Shown here one piece after another: positions 14,555 through 29,396 of a stretch of 64,000 bases of DNA. The notes beneath the pieces were generated by a model, which saw only the letters and a program-made list of their open reading frames with translations, was not told the origin of the DNA and did no database searches. Position 1 is the first letter of the stretch. Every line of letters starts with the position of its first letter. This DNA is from Chrysomallon squamiferum (taxonomy: Eukaryota; Animalia; Mollusca). Both the position numbers and the translations under genes were made by a program. The stretch covers positions 8,556,001 to 8,620,000 of the forward strand of contig CM022673.1 in the NCBI GenBank assembly GCA_012295275.1, in the 5' to 3' direction.

Positions 14555-14585
14555 ATGTGGAGCCCTTCTCATGTTCAGTTTACAG
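14555..14585 (+). CDS. RAB11FIP1: Rab11-FIP coding exon 1 (MWSPSHVQFT)
   Basis: ATG at 14555, donor CAG|GTAAGT, phase 1. Confidence 0.88.
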
Positions 14586-14876
14586 GTAAGTTACCTAGAG
14601 TGTGTTTACATAAATTTACACACACAATTTAAACATACAAAACACATTTACACAGACATATGTATAACCAGACACACACACACACACACACACATAGACA
14701 CCTATATATAATAAATGTTTATATATATATATATATATATAGACAAATACATATACAAATTCATATACGTACATACATACATTCATACATGCATACATAC
14801 ATACATACATACATTCATACATTCATACATTCATACATTCATGCATACATACATACACACACACACATATACACAT

Positions 14877-14950
<74 letters not shown>

Positions 14951-15283
14951 TGAATACCAATATATTTTTTGTGTGTGATTTTATTTTCTAAGGATGCCAG
15001 CAATTAAAAAAAAAAAATTAAAAACAAATTATGTTACTTCTGACTTCAGGCTTACTTGTCTTATGTTTACTACCCCAGGTTTAAAATAACAGTGATGCAA
15101 GAGACCACAACTACAGATTATAATGCTTTCATTGCACTTAGAAAATGATTATGATATAATTTATTAGGGAAAAAAAGCCAGTAACATATGCTACAAAATT
15201 CATGAATAATTATGCACTGTTTGTAACTGAAGTAAAAATGTAATTTTATGTGGGTTTTATATTTATTATTGTTTTGCTGGGTT

Positions 15284-15316
<33 letters not shown>

Positions 15317-16502
15317 CTAAATTTATTTAATTAATTATATGGGTTTTATGGCTAATATCTTCTTTTTTTTTTATTTATCTATTTTTTTTATTTTACTTTT
15401 ATTTTGTTATTATACTTTATTATTTTTTAAATTAATTTTTTTTTTTTAAATTTAATTTTTTCTTAATTCATCAGTTTAAATATATTTTGTTTATTTATCT
15501 ATTTTTTATTTTTTATTTATTTAATTTTTTCATTTTTCTTTTTTTTAAATTAATTAATTACTTTATTTATTAATTAATTAATTTATTTACTTATTTTTTA
15601 AATTTTACTTTATTTTTTAAAATTTTTTTATTTTACCATTAATTTTTTTTATATATTTTATTTATTTACTTATTTATTTATTGTTATTGCCATTTTTAAT
15701 GTTTGACTTTTAAAATGCTATATATCTCCGTATAAAAATATATATACATATATTTAAACACACACAGACACACACACACACACACACACACACACTCATC
15801 TCTGTTGCATAGGACACTTGGTTTTTTTAGTGTCAGTCAGTGATGACCTTCAGCAGATGTAATTTGAATCTGAAATTTGATCCCATGATACTGAAATTAA
15901 AAACTGTACTGTAATCACTGTGGTGTTCATAAAATCTACCAAAAGGAAACAAATACCATTTTAAAAAAAAAAAAAAAAACAACAAAAAAAACATCCAACA
16001 AAATAGACTTATTCTATAATATTTTAAATACAAATGTCTAAAATATTACATCTTGAAGCTTTCTTCCAATTTGGTTTATCACAGTATGTAAAACCTTGAA
16101 GGATAGGCAATACTTGATCAGTTGTTGAAACCAGATGTAATAAATATTGTATCTGCTGTGTAATAAACAATGTCTCCTGTGTATTAAACACTGTACCTGC
16201 CTGCCTGTCATCCGTCTGCTTGTTAATTACTTATTAAAACTGTTTTGTTACTAGGTGAGAATAAATTATCTTTTATGTGCATTTCACACATTTGTTTGTG
16301 TGTATCCTAGGTAGAAAAGCTGCAGGTTCGAGGTTTTTCAAAATGTGCAGCTGCTTTATGAACTGTTCTTGTACTGTGCATTGTTGAGATGTTTCTTCTA
16401 TGGTGTATTTCTGTTTATACATATACATACATACATAAACATTCTTTCTCTCACTCACTTTCTCTATCTTTCTCTCTTGCTCTTTCACACAACACAGGCA
16501 CA

Positions 16503-16555
<53 letters not shown>

Positions 16556-17312
16556 ACACAGACACACACATATCCACAGACACACACAGACACACACACA
16601 CACAAATACACACAGACACACACACATACACACAGACACACACACATACACACAGACATACACACACATATCCACAGACACACACACACACACACATACA
16701 CATACACAGACACACACATACACATACACAGACACACACACACACACGCACGCACGCACACACACAACCACACACACACACATACCTGTCCATACCTGTC
16801 ACACAAACCCATGAAATATAAATAGTTTGTACCCATTAATCAGACTTTCCAATAGTTAAATAAATTATCATTTCAATATCAACTTCACATGATATATTAA
16901 TATTATACTGTCATCTTTTTTCAGTACAGAGTATGTACTTTATATCTCACTAGATAGATTATACAACAAAAAAAAACAAAAGACAAATAAAAATAAAAAT
17001 ATATGAAAGTCAAATTGGTGTCAGTTGATAATGATATTTGATACAAATTTTTCTACCTCTGTGTAAATGCTGATTATACAACACTGAAATTAATACTAAT
17101 GTAACAGTTTCATTTAGCTAGAATAAAAAAAAAAATCAAACATTTGATAATCCCCATATGTAAGTATATATACAGAATGTTTTTCTGTTAAATGTTTTGT
17201 TTCAGTGTATTTGATTTTACCATAAACACATACTACACACCATTTACCCACATACACATGTCTTTTTCTCAAATACTCAGTTTTATTATTTACACATAAA
17301 CACACACACACA

Positions 17313-17354
<42 letters not shown>

Positions 17355-17885
17355 TACACACAAGCACATATGCATATCCACAGAGATAAATGCGCACACA
17401 AACAACTAAATATTCACACAACACACATACACGTACACCAGACATCAACATACATACATAAGTAATAAAACATTAACTGTTTTGATGGCAATATGTTATT
17501 TTAATATGCTAACAAAGTATTATGTACCAGTATAAATGACACCAGCTGCCTTCACACAGACATCTAATATACTTATTAGTTTTGAAATATCCAATTTGCA
17601 TTTTGTTCACCTGAATAAAATCAAACACACCTGTTACTGTGTTTACCAGTAATAAACAAAGCTTTTATCTAGCCTGACAGGCAGGGGGATGTAATCAAAC
17701 ATGCCAGTTATGTCCCTTGGCAACTCAGTTTACTGATCTAATTAATTTGTGTGACTTTCATTACCAGTGCATGTATGTACGTGGTCATGAATTAAAACAA
17801 GTGTTTGTTTAAGCTGGCAAAAGTTTTCATGTTTGTTTTAGGGAGGTGGTTATTTTTTCCTTTGTTTCTTTTAATTCTTCTCCTT

Positions 17886-17916
<31 letters not shown>

Positions 17917-18930
17917 TTTTTTTTTTGTATTGTTAGACCAGTTTTAAAGCTAAAAAAAATGGTTCCTTTTGGTGAAAACACACTGAAATTTAAAGAGACA
18001 GATTGCTAACTGATTGATCACAGATCCAGACTCCTGGGTGTACCATTTGGTTATTTTTGACTCTACAAAATGAATAGGTTTCCAGGGATCTTTTTTTATT
18101 ATTTTTTTTTTTTAACTTGGATTAGACACAAATCCTGAATTATAATATATGGAAAAAAAAACCCAGCTTATAATATAGTAAAATATTCTGAAAAAGAAAA
18201 AAGAAAACAACTTTTTAGAAGAAAAAATACAGCAGTTTTTTTCTGAGAACGGTATTTCTGAAATATGCAATATTTTACATCTCGGAGACAATTTAAAAAA
18301 TCTTAATGTCTTCTAAAGATGCCATTAAACAAAATATAATTTAACAAATCAGTAACTTCAGCTACATAATTAAAGCATTTGGAATTTCATAGCTAATAAT
18401 TTGGTAAATGTCTTAATAAAATATGTTTTCCAAGTAATTATTATACAACTATTAATGGCTAATCTGTATTTTTAACACTCTTCTGAGATAACTTTATTAG
18501 CTTGTTAGTAATGAAACAAACAAACATGTCATTGTGTTTCATCTTTATATTAGCAGTAAGGGATCTGTCAAATCTGCACTTTCCAATAATAGTAAAAAAA
18601 AAACATATAGCATAGTTTATGATAACAAGTCATGGTATGTCATCTGGAATGGGAAATTATACAACTGGTGCATTGAGCAGGTCTGATCCTGTGACCCATA
18701 AAGCCCATGGCCAGTCCTGTAATAAACCAGCTATAAACAATTGTTTTTGTTCAAGATTAACTCTTTTTTTTTGTTGATATAAAATTCCTTTCTAAAGGAA
18801 ACCATAAAAACATATTTTATCAAATCCGTATTGATTTTCTTTTTAACATTACCAGTGTTTGAATAAACTGCAAAGATCAAACTCTTCATCACTGAAGTCC
18901 TTTTGTAGCCCAACAGATTTTTTTATTTAT

Positions 18931-18965
<35 letters not shown>

Positions 18966-19889
18966 ATAACACAAATAGTAGCTGGTAGAAAGAAAAAAAA
19001 AAAAAAAAAAAAAATCCCATGACAGAATAAAATCAGGCAAAATTTTTTTTGTTTAATAAACATGTCAGTATTTAGCAGTCTGCAAGTTTGTTAGCTGTGT
19101 ATCTGGAAAGATTGCCAGTTGAGTCAATATCGGGTTTGTTCTGTCAAGTGTGACTTTATAGCACATTTTTTTTAACATAATTGAAAAGAGTACATTGATT
19201 AGTAATTAACGCGATTGAGAACAGCCCTGTGACAGCTTGCAGTCTGGCTTTGTTTGTACATGCTTATGTTAGTGTTATGACATTAATTTTTTTATTGTTT
19301 AAAATTATTTTTTTCCTTTAACATCATTTATTAATCAGATTTTGAAATGTATATGTATAGATAGTGTATTTGCTAAAAATATTTGTATTGTTTTGATTTT
19401 TATTTTTATTTATTTTGTCCATTCTTTCTGGGCATTTATTATTATTTTTACTGTAAAATTATAAACGTAACTTTATTATTATTGATTTATTTTTTCATTT
19501 TTAAAAAAGAAAAATTTATTAAAGTACTGTGTTGAACAAATAATAATAATTCAAGTATTCTGAACTCTTAAATTTTCGTGCTTTGTTTTACTGATTTTAT
19601 TTACACACAATGATTAAATAAATATTAAAAAAATAAATTTCTAAAACATTTGTAACGTTTTTTTGGTATAGTGAATTGATTTGAATGAATATAATTCTTT
19701 TCCTTTGTAGTTTCGTCTTCCAAAACATCTTACTCATATTATTATTTTTATTATTTTACTCATTCAGGTTTGTGGGGTTGTTTCATTTTATTTTATCTTA
19801 TTATTTTCTTTATATTTTTCTCATTTGTCATTTATTTCTTTTAATGAAACCACCAAAACATTTTTATATGTTAGAATATCAAAAATTAT

Positions 19890-19921
<32 letters not shown>

Positions 19922-20786
19922 TAATGTTATTATATTTTTTTTTTGTTACAGTTTTTGTCATTACTGATGTTATTAAATGTGAAATTTTTTATTCCTTTAC
20001 ATTACAAAGGTTATATGCATAGGTATAATATTACCACTTAAATCTAAATTCATCTAAGCAATAATTAGGACATTAAAAAAATAACTTGAAGCTATTTTTT
20101 ATTTTCCTATTAAGTCCTTGGCTGATTTCTGAACAAAAGTATGGACAAATTGGAATAAAACAGGATACGCAATAATCACTAACAAAGTTTTTACATTGTT
20201 TTATTTGTTTGTTCCATCTATTTTTTGTTTTATTGATTCTCTATAGTCAAAGGCTGTTTTCAGTTATTTTATTATAACTCAGGACTTTGTTTATGTGTGA
20301 TTTTTGTGTTTTCTATTGATCAAATGGAGTTTAACACTGTAATTGTTTTATCAGATTTATATGCTGTCAAAGCTGCCAACGTTTTTCCATTTTCCCAGCA
20401 TGGAGTTAGTTGTGCATTAATGGAAAATAATTGTGGTAATGAAGTCCACATCGACTGGGAGAACAAACACAAATTATCACATTTAGAAACAGTTGTCAGA
20501 CTTGTTTTTTTTCTCTTAAACTCCGTCTCTTCCTTCTTCACCTCTTTCATCTTTGAACGCACTGACAGATTGAATAATGGATAGTCTAAACTTCTAATAT
20601 TAATCTTAGCAGAGAACATGTCTTGTTCACATTTTTGTGCATGTTGCATGCATGTGTAATTAAGGTCAAACACACCCACACACCACACACCCACACACAA
20701 ACACACATTCATTCATACATACAAACATAATACATATACCTACATTTAATACATACATACACATATACATATTCACAAACACACAG

Positions 20787-20838
<52 letters not shown>

Positions 20839-23800
20839 CCATACACATCAAGTGAGAATTTCTTTACAAAATTTCAATTAGCAACTATTGCCTAAATGTA
20901 ATACTTACAAAAATATTTATAGAAGAATTAAGTAGTAAGGTTTAGAATTGTTTAGCAATCTCTGTAATTTGGTTTGTGAGTCATGACACAATTTCATTGC
21001 ATCTATACATATACACACACCCACTCAGACAAACTTACACATAATTTATATACCCTTGTAGTCATCCATTATATATGTGGAATATGTACCCTCAATTCCA
21101 TATACAACACATATTGTTAAAATAAAAAACAAATTAGACTGTCAGTTCTACAGTTATTTCATTTGTTTTATTAAAATGATTTATGGGCATAAAATATAAT
21201 AATCATCAAGACTTAAAAATGTAGATATTTATTTTTAAAATTTATTTTTTTCGTTTGGCCTTTTTTTGATAAAAATGATCAGGAAAGAGTCCAGTGAATG
21301 AAATGTTGTTTGTGAAAATATTATATTTTATCAGCTGTTATTAAAATTCCCACCACTTCTGGAATGTGTACACAGAATGAGAACAGTGGCTGTTTGTGTT
21401 GTCAACTCATTGTTATCTCTTAGCTTCATTCATCATCAAATTTCTGATCTGACAGCCCTTTCTTTTGTATGGTATGATCAGAGTAAAATAACACATGTTG
21501 TGTATTTCCATTCTGTTTTGTTAAATGAATAAAGTTGCATCTAAAATATATTTTGTATACTTCCACATCATTATTTCATTTCTTATTAAAGTTTTACTAG
21601 GCTGGTGAACAATGTTATTGCCTGAATATGCACTGTGTACTTTCATTTTGTTTTTTGCTTGCCATCATTTCCTGATAATAATAAAGTATGATGGTGGAAA
21701 TGATGCCATTTCGTATGTAGTTAAGAAAATAAATAAAGCAAATCTGAGAGAATGATAGATAAGACAAATTTAGAATAAATGCAGACAAATAAAAGTTAGT
21801 AATTCACAGATTTTGTTGTTGCCTTTATCAGATACAACAGAATATTTCTGTTTAATACGTGATAGTAATTATAAAGAAAATAGTTTTTAATATTTAGAGG
21901 TTCTATTTTGTTATTAGAAAAAAGGTTAATATAATAATCAGTGCAACAGTTACTTGGAAATATATATATATAAAAAAATGTAATTTGGCTTTTTTTTAAA
22001 GTTTCTCTACAGTTTAAGTTCATTATACATCAACAGATTTTTCAACTGCAAATTAAATAAATCTTTTTTCATTAAAGTTTTATTGTTAAATTGAACGTTC
22101 TTTTAGTGCACTGGCTGTATTTACTGAAATGTAATTCTGTCATTGATTTCATTTCATTTACACTGCACTAACGTGTTTGAGTTTTAATAAGTTTAACATT
22201 TTGTTTCAGTGTTTATTTTAATCTATTGCATGAATAGATCTTTGTAGCCATGTTTGATAAATTACAAACCACTTCTATTTTACGCAAGTTTACTCATTTT
22301 GCAGCATAGTTTGCATGAATACATATTCCTTGATCATAATTAAAAACAGGAACTGAAAATCTAAAAAAATAAGAAAATTAATATTTTTAACAGAAAAGGA
22401 TTTATGTTTTACTTTCAATATTTTGTTGTTTTTTAATATTCTTCCACCATGCCTACCTTGCTAAACTTCTTGAACAACAGTAATATGCATCTAATTTTAT
22501 TACTGTTTGTAATGAAATTATCATGAAAACAGTTTTATGAATATTTGTGAAAAAAAATACAAATTGTTTGCACAGTCTTCAACAGTGTCAGCAATTTCAA
22601 TAAAATTTTCTCATCAAAATTTTGAAAACATTATCCTGAAAAAAAATTACAGTTCAACATTTTTTTTTTTTTTTTTTCTCAAAATTCATCTTCACTGTTT
22701 GTGAAATGCTAATGATTTAATAAAAAGGAAAGAAAATATTTTGGTAATTTAAAACATGAAATAAATTGCTAGTAAACAAACTGCATTATTGTTCAGAAAT
22801 TTATGACTGTTAGTATAGAAATTTGGGTAAATAATTTCCACAAAACGTTAAACCCTAGAGGCAATGTGCAGTAGCATATGTTAAACACAGACTGTTTTCT
22901 TTTGATAAATTAAGAAAATTAATTTTTAACCTAAATGTTATTATAAAATGTAAAGTTTTATATTGATTATTAATAAATTTTGTTAGTACATTCTTTCTTG
23001 AATTATTTTCTGAAGTAATTTATAAAATAACAGCCACTCTGTTGGTGTTTACCTGCTGTTCCATGCCAGCTGCAACCAAAAGATCTTTCAGACCAATTTA
23101 AATATCAACAACATAACACATCTTTTGATATACCAGTTATAGAACACAGTACTTCTATAGAGATGTCATAGATTTTTGAGATGAAAAGACCAGTTAATTT
23201 GTTGGAAGTTAATCTGTTGTATGCATAACAAATCAGGTTATATTTATAATGGATTTCTCAAAATCCTTGAACAAACTGTAAAACTAGAACAAGAAGGATA
23301 AAAAAAAAAAAAAAAAATTGTGATGAACTTGTTGATGACTTTGCACGTATTATCAGTGTAGTCAGTCTTTATTAAGCATTTTGATTAGTTTATTCATGCT
23401 GTTGTGAATAGTAATGTTGTTTCCTTCTTTGACATCTGCTGTTGAATCATTACAATTAAAAACAGAATACATTATAAACAACGATAATACATTTGATAGC
23501 TTTCCTTCTCCTTTTTTTTTTTTTCCTTCTTTTTTTTTTTTTTTTTTTTTTTTCTGTTCTCTTTTTCATTTCTTTTCGTGTCTGTGTTAATTAAAAATTT
23601 TTTAAATCTTTCCCACAATTCAGTGCACAGCAGAATCAATAAAATTTCTGTTCAGCCCTTTGAGATTGATTAATGATGATATCCTTCAGGAGAAATTAAC
23701 CAGTGATTTAAATATTTGGCTGTTGCAGAGCTCTTGCATTCTAATTCACATTAGGCTATAATATATGTAACCAATTTCTGTGAAAAGTGCAAAAAGTCAA

Positions 23801-26800
23801 TGCAAGTAATTGCTGCTAGACACTGTAAAATGAGCTCCAGCTCTTTACAGCAGTTTTATGAGCGGATGATTTTTTTTTGGGAGCTTTTCTTTTTTTTTTT
23901 TTTTTTTTTTCCCCAGGGATATTTTTTTAATTTTCAATTTCTCTGATAATTTTTTGACCATCTTCAAGCTTTCTTCAAGAGCAATACTCAACATAAAATG
24001 CACTTTAGTGTACAGTTTGGTGTGAAATTTTTCTGAATGTGTTCTGAAATACTCAACTTGTATTGCCATGTTTTACTTACAAAATTTAACAGTGTCATTT
24101 GAAATTATATTCAAAAGTAAATTTTGTACCATTTTACAGATTGAACTCTGGTCTTTATTTTCTTATTAATTAAAAAAAAAAAAAAAAAAAACATTCTGGA
24201 AAAAGAAGAATAAAACCACACAGAAAACAAGACTTTTATACTATCTGCAGAAGCAAGTCGTATGTACAACATAATTTAAAATGATTTCTGATCTTTCATT
24301 TGCTCTTTTGTAAACATACATCTGGATTCATGGTTAAGCATTGAAACGCTTATATCCAAATTAATAGTTCAGAATTGTTTGTTATGAGGATAGCCTTCAT
24401 AAGAAAGGGAAAACACTGGGACAGTGTCAGAGTTAGCTTCCATGTTTGTGTCAAAGATTGCTTAGTGTTATCTTATGTGTGTACTTTATACTAAAATGGT
24501 AACCTGAGATGTGTGTTCAGTTCTGTTTTTCTTGTACAACATCCAGAGTGACTATAATCACTGGTTCCCTACGTTACACAGACTTCAAAGTGTGTTTTTA
24601 CTTTCTTGTTCTCAGCTTTATGTTGTTTCTGCCTTGTTTCAATAAAACAGCTGATACTGTTTCCTCTTAATCCTGTTATGTGAACTTCTCTCACAGATTC
24701 TGAACATCCAGATCCTTGTACCTGATATAAAACTTTATTGTTTTCCTTCAGTCAGTGAAATTTGAATTGCTGGCGAAGTTTAGTTCATCAGTCCATCATG
24801 GTTTTGGGTTTGTTTAGGTTTTTTTACTTATATTTTCTTTTTCTTTTTTTATGGGGGGGATATTTATTCTTTTAATTGAAAAAATAAGTATAATGTTTTT
24901 TGTTTTAAATGAAATATACAAGAAATAGTAGAAAGTGTGTATTAGAAATTTTATTATTAGCAAAGGTTGGTTTGCATTGATAAATAAAAAAATGTGCTTG
25001 AAAGTTCATATTTGTTTGTCTTATCAACTTTGTGTGTGTGTTTTGTTTTATGTTGTGTTGTTTTGTGTTGTGTTGTGTGTGTGTGTGTGTGTGTGTGTTG
25101 TTATAAAGTCAGTGTGAAAGAAAATCATGGTGCAGTTCAGATTTAGATAAAACATTTTGATTTAAATTTAAATATTAATTCTCCACATATTCCATTAATT
25201 TCAAAAACTGATTATTTAATGTCCACTTTGGCAATCACCAATTCAGAATACTAGAATGTAACACCTGCTAGTCTTTATCAAAGAACACATGAGACTATAA
25301 AACAAACTTTTAAGATCTTTAATATTCTGCCAAATCAGCTTTGACAAATCTACTTTTGGCATGTTACCAATGTTAAATCTCTATATTTATGTTCTTACAT
25401 TTGAGATTAAACTCACATGAATTTGTCTTCTCGTCAATAATGGTCTACAGAGTTTCATTTATTTCTTTTTCAGTCCTCAGAGCTCGAAACCTTATACCAA
25501 AGGGAAAAGCAGGTTGGTGATGCATTTATTGTTATTACTAGTAGTAGTTTAGTAGTAGTTTTAGTAGTTAGTAGTAGTGTAAGTAATAGTAGAGATTGTA
25601 CTAAAGATAGTAATAGCAGCAGCAGCAGTAATATATTCATTTTTGTTCTTGCTATAATTATTACTATTAATATTGTATGTTTGGTTAATTTTGTGCTGAT
25701 TCTCCCTGAAATTAATTCATACTGTCATTGTACTTAAGATTATAATTTGTATTTTGTCATATTTATTTAGAAATTAACAGCCTAACAGTATAATAATTAT
25801 GCAGAAAACAAAGGAATAATAAATGGTGCATACTATGAAATTCAGATGCTTTTCAGGTTTTCTTTGTTTTTAAAATAACTTTTATGATTGTTTTATTTTT
25901 AAGTTTCACCTTTTTATGAAAATGTGTTCAGTAGACATGAAATTGTTGTCCTTTTGTATATTTTTTGGGAAACACTTGTTAAAGACATAGTCTCATGTAA
26001 CTTTACACTCAGTATTGTGTTAAAACAGAACATTTTGGTTTTATTATCTCCAGTAGGCACTTGAAGTCAGTTCAGTTCTTGTGACATACATTATTCACAA
26101 TGGCTAAAGGACTTTGTAACAAAAATTTACATTTTGTACTTGCTGATTGCAATCTTAATTTGTGTTTTTTATGTTCAAATTATGTTTCTTCAAAGTATTG
26201 AATTGACAATGGAACTACATTTTCAAGTCTTTCCTGAGTAAAATTAACAATAGAATTATATTTATGTGTGGGTTTTTTCAATATATAACTAACAATGGAA
26301 GAACCATGAAGATGGCCCTTGTGACTGATGGATAATTATTGGTAAAGAACACAGTGTTGTTAGATACAGACAGTTTCAACATGAGTGTGTTTAAATTGGT
26401 AGGCAGTGACCACCTGGTGATAGAGTCAGTAAAGTATTAACAGTGAAATAAAACAAACTGTTGTTACTTACTTTGGTTGGACTGGTTGTTTTGTTTAGTC
26501 TTTGACATCATGAAGTCAAATTATCAACAGATTTTGTCAGTGATTGATATTTTATTGACAAGTATTGTTGTTTCGCAGAACAAAATATTTGATAGATCTC
26601 TAACTTTTTTAATTCATTATATGTTAAAAAAAGACTTTTTTACTTGTCAGCCATTATAGTCTTAAGACATTTTTGTCATATTGCTGTTGTTTTTGTTTTG
26701 TTTTTTTGTATGTGTTTTTATTTTAATTCTTATTGTTTTGATTGAATAATTACTTTAAACAAATACAATTTAACGTATTAATTTCCACATAAGTACCTTT

Positions 26801-29355
26801 AATGAAATGTCATATAACCATAATTATTTCCTTCCATTTATTCTTTCAGTAGAAACTGTCAGTTACTAATCTATATTTTATATTTCCGTTCACCCTTTTA
26901 TTTATTTATTTATAATTATTATTATTTTTGTTTTGTACAAAACTGGAATTTTAAGATAATCTGAATTTAAGATAATTATAATAATATATTCTATTAAAAG
27001 TAAGTCTGTTATTTTTACAGGCAACAATGATGTGTTTGTCCAGATTCAGTTAGGCAAGGAGAAGTACCAGACATCAACCATCAAAAATGCTCACAACCCA
27101 GAGTGGTTTGAAGAGTGTGATTTGTAAGTTCACTATGGTTTCATCTCATGCAGGGACACCTTATAACAGCACACATCTTATCCTTGTATTTCTATATTTT
27201 CAGAGGAATCTCAGCTAGAGATGAAACCTTGTTGCTTGATTCCTTGAATTAAGCAAATACTTTGATTAAGGCAAAAGTGATTTTTGTGCAATCAGTGGGT
27301 CACCTGGTTATACCAGGACTATTATTTATAGATAGGTCAGCTTTCTAGCTGAAAATATTGCACTCTTCAGATTGTGTTATTTTATATATATATATATATA
27401 TATACAGGATATAATAGAGGTTCAATAAACTTGTACATATTTTGTTTCTATGATCATAATTGCACGAAAATATTTAATAAAAACAATACGATAATGTTTT
27501 TGAAGTGACAGTGTATTATATGTTATTTTAAAATGAAACCCTCAGGATCTTAATTTCAAGGATATGACATGTATCTATAGATACCAATGCGGCCATGATG
27601 AATCTACAAATCATTTTGCTGTTACTTGAATGGTTAGTTATTAAAGTAGACCTATTATTAGTCCTGTCACCTATTATTTCAGAAAATATATTACAATTAA
27701 AGTCAAAGAGTTAAAATAAAATAAATGTAATATATTATTGCAGGCCTATTCCTCACATGCACACAGAAATTGAAGTCACCCTCTATCATCGTGGTGTGTT
27801 GTCAGATGATTTCCTTGGATACGCTGCTGTTGCATTGTGGGACTACAAGGTTGGAGAGAGGCCACAGAGCCAGTGAGTTTAATTTAGATTGGGAACATTT
27901 TGAATGTGTTGGTCTGGCTCACTTTTATGTAGTATGGGTGTATTGAAAGTTTACTGTATACTATGTTAGTATTAAATACCAACATATTTAGAGAATGAGT
28001 TATAGAGAAGAGACAGACTTTTTCTAAACCTCCCAGATAATCTCAGAATAGAAGCTCTTATCTGGAATCAGTTTAAACACAGAACAGAGACACAAGTTTT
28101 AAATATTCTTTATTCACAGTGTCTTTTGAGTAACTGTAAAAATTGTAAATTGTTTGTTGCTTATTATGAGAACATGTTAGATATATACTTGTGTTTTGGG
28201 GGTTTTCTGATACTTGGATTCCTTACTGATACCACGGTGTCACAGTCTCTTTCAAATTCTGAAGCAACTAATATATTCTGAATATCTATCTGGCAGGTGT
28301 TATCCATCTAATAGTTTTTAATCTAAATAAAAATTATAGAAAAAGTAGTGATTGATTACTTTTGAATATTTTTGATGTATGATGTATCCTGAGGCTTTCA
28401 AGGTTGATTATATTTTAAATTCATAATACCACATTTAGTTTTTCCTAGTTATTTAGACTTTATCATAATATTAAAAAACCATTAAAATTTCGTTCAGAAT
28501 GATTGTAATTTATTAATTTATCTCTTGATCCGCAATGATAAAAATTCAAAATAAAGTAATTTTAAAAGTTTGAAATTAATCATAAATATGACCATTATTT
28601 TCAATTTTATTTTCAAAACTGAAATCTTAGCATATTTCAAAATGCAATTCCTTTAAAGAAAACATTTGCTTTTTATTTTCTTTTTACTTGCATATTTAAA
28701 TTTTTTATATATATATATAAATGTGTGTCTGTCTCTGTGTGTGTGTGTGTGTGTGCGTGCTGAAAAGCTGAAAAACTAAATAAAACAAAATAAAACGCAA
28801 TTAAGTTGAATTGAATTGACTTGAATTAATTAAAAGTTAACAAATCCCAAAGAAAACCCACAGTATTTTTTCTGCTTCAGATGGGTTCCTCTGAAAAACA
28901 AGCCTTCTAAAGGACCAGATAACAAATACAGGGGAGAGTTAGAAATCAAACTAACTTTCCACGTAGAAAAATCAGACAACATCCCTGGCTTGAAAAAACG
29001 TTCATCGTCAATCAGAAGTATAGCATCTGCTGTAGGTGAGTATTCACCTCTTAGTATTCACCTCTTTGTTCTCCCTCACAATGTTATATAAATAATTAGA
29101 GTACATTTTATTAGTAATAAACCATCATCACATGTTGTTATATAAATAATTACATTTTATTTTTTTCACATTGTTTTTTTTAAATTTTTTAAGTTATTTA
29201 TATAACACACTTTAAAATTTGCTCCAGTTCAGTTTTCCCATTCCAGTCTGAAAAATAAAAACATTGTTTTGAATATTATTTTTTATGAGAGATAAAATGT
29301 TATTTTATTATTGAATATTATTTCACATACAATATCATTATCATCATTATTATTA

Positions 29356-29396
<41 letters not shown>

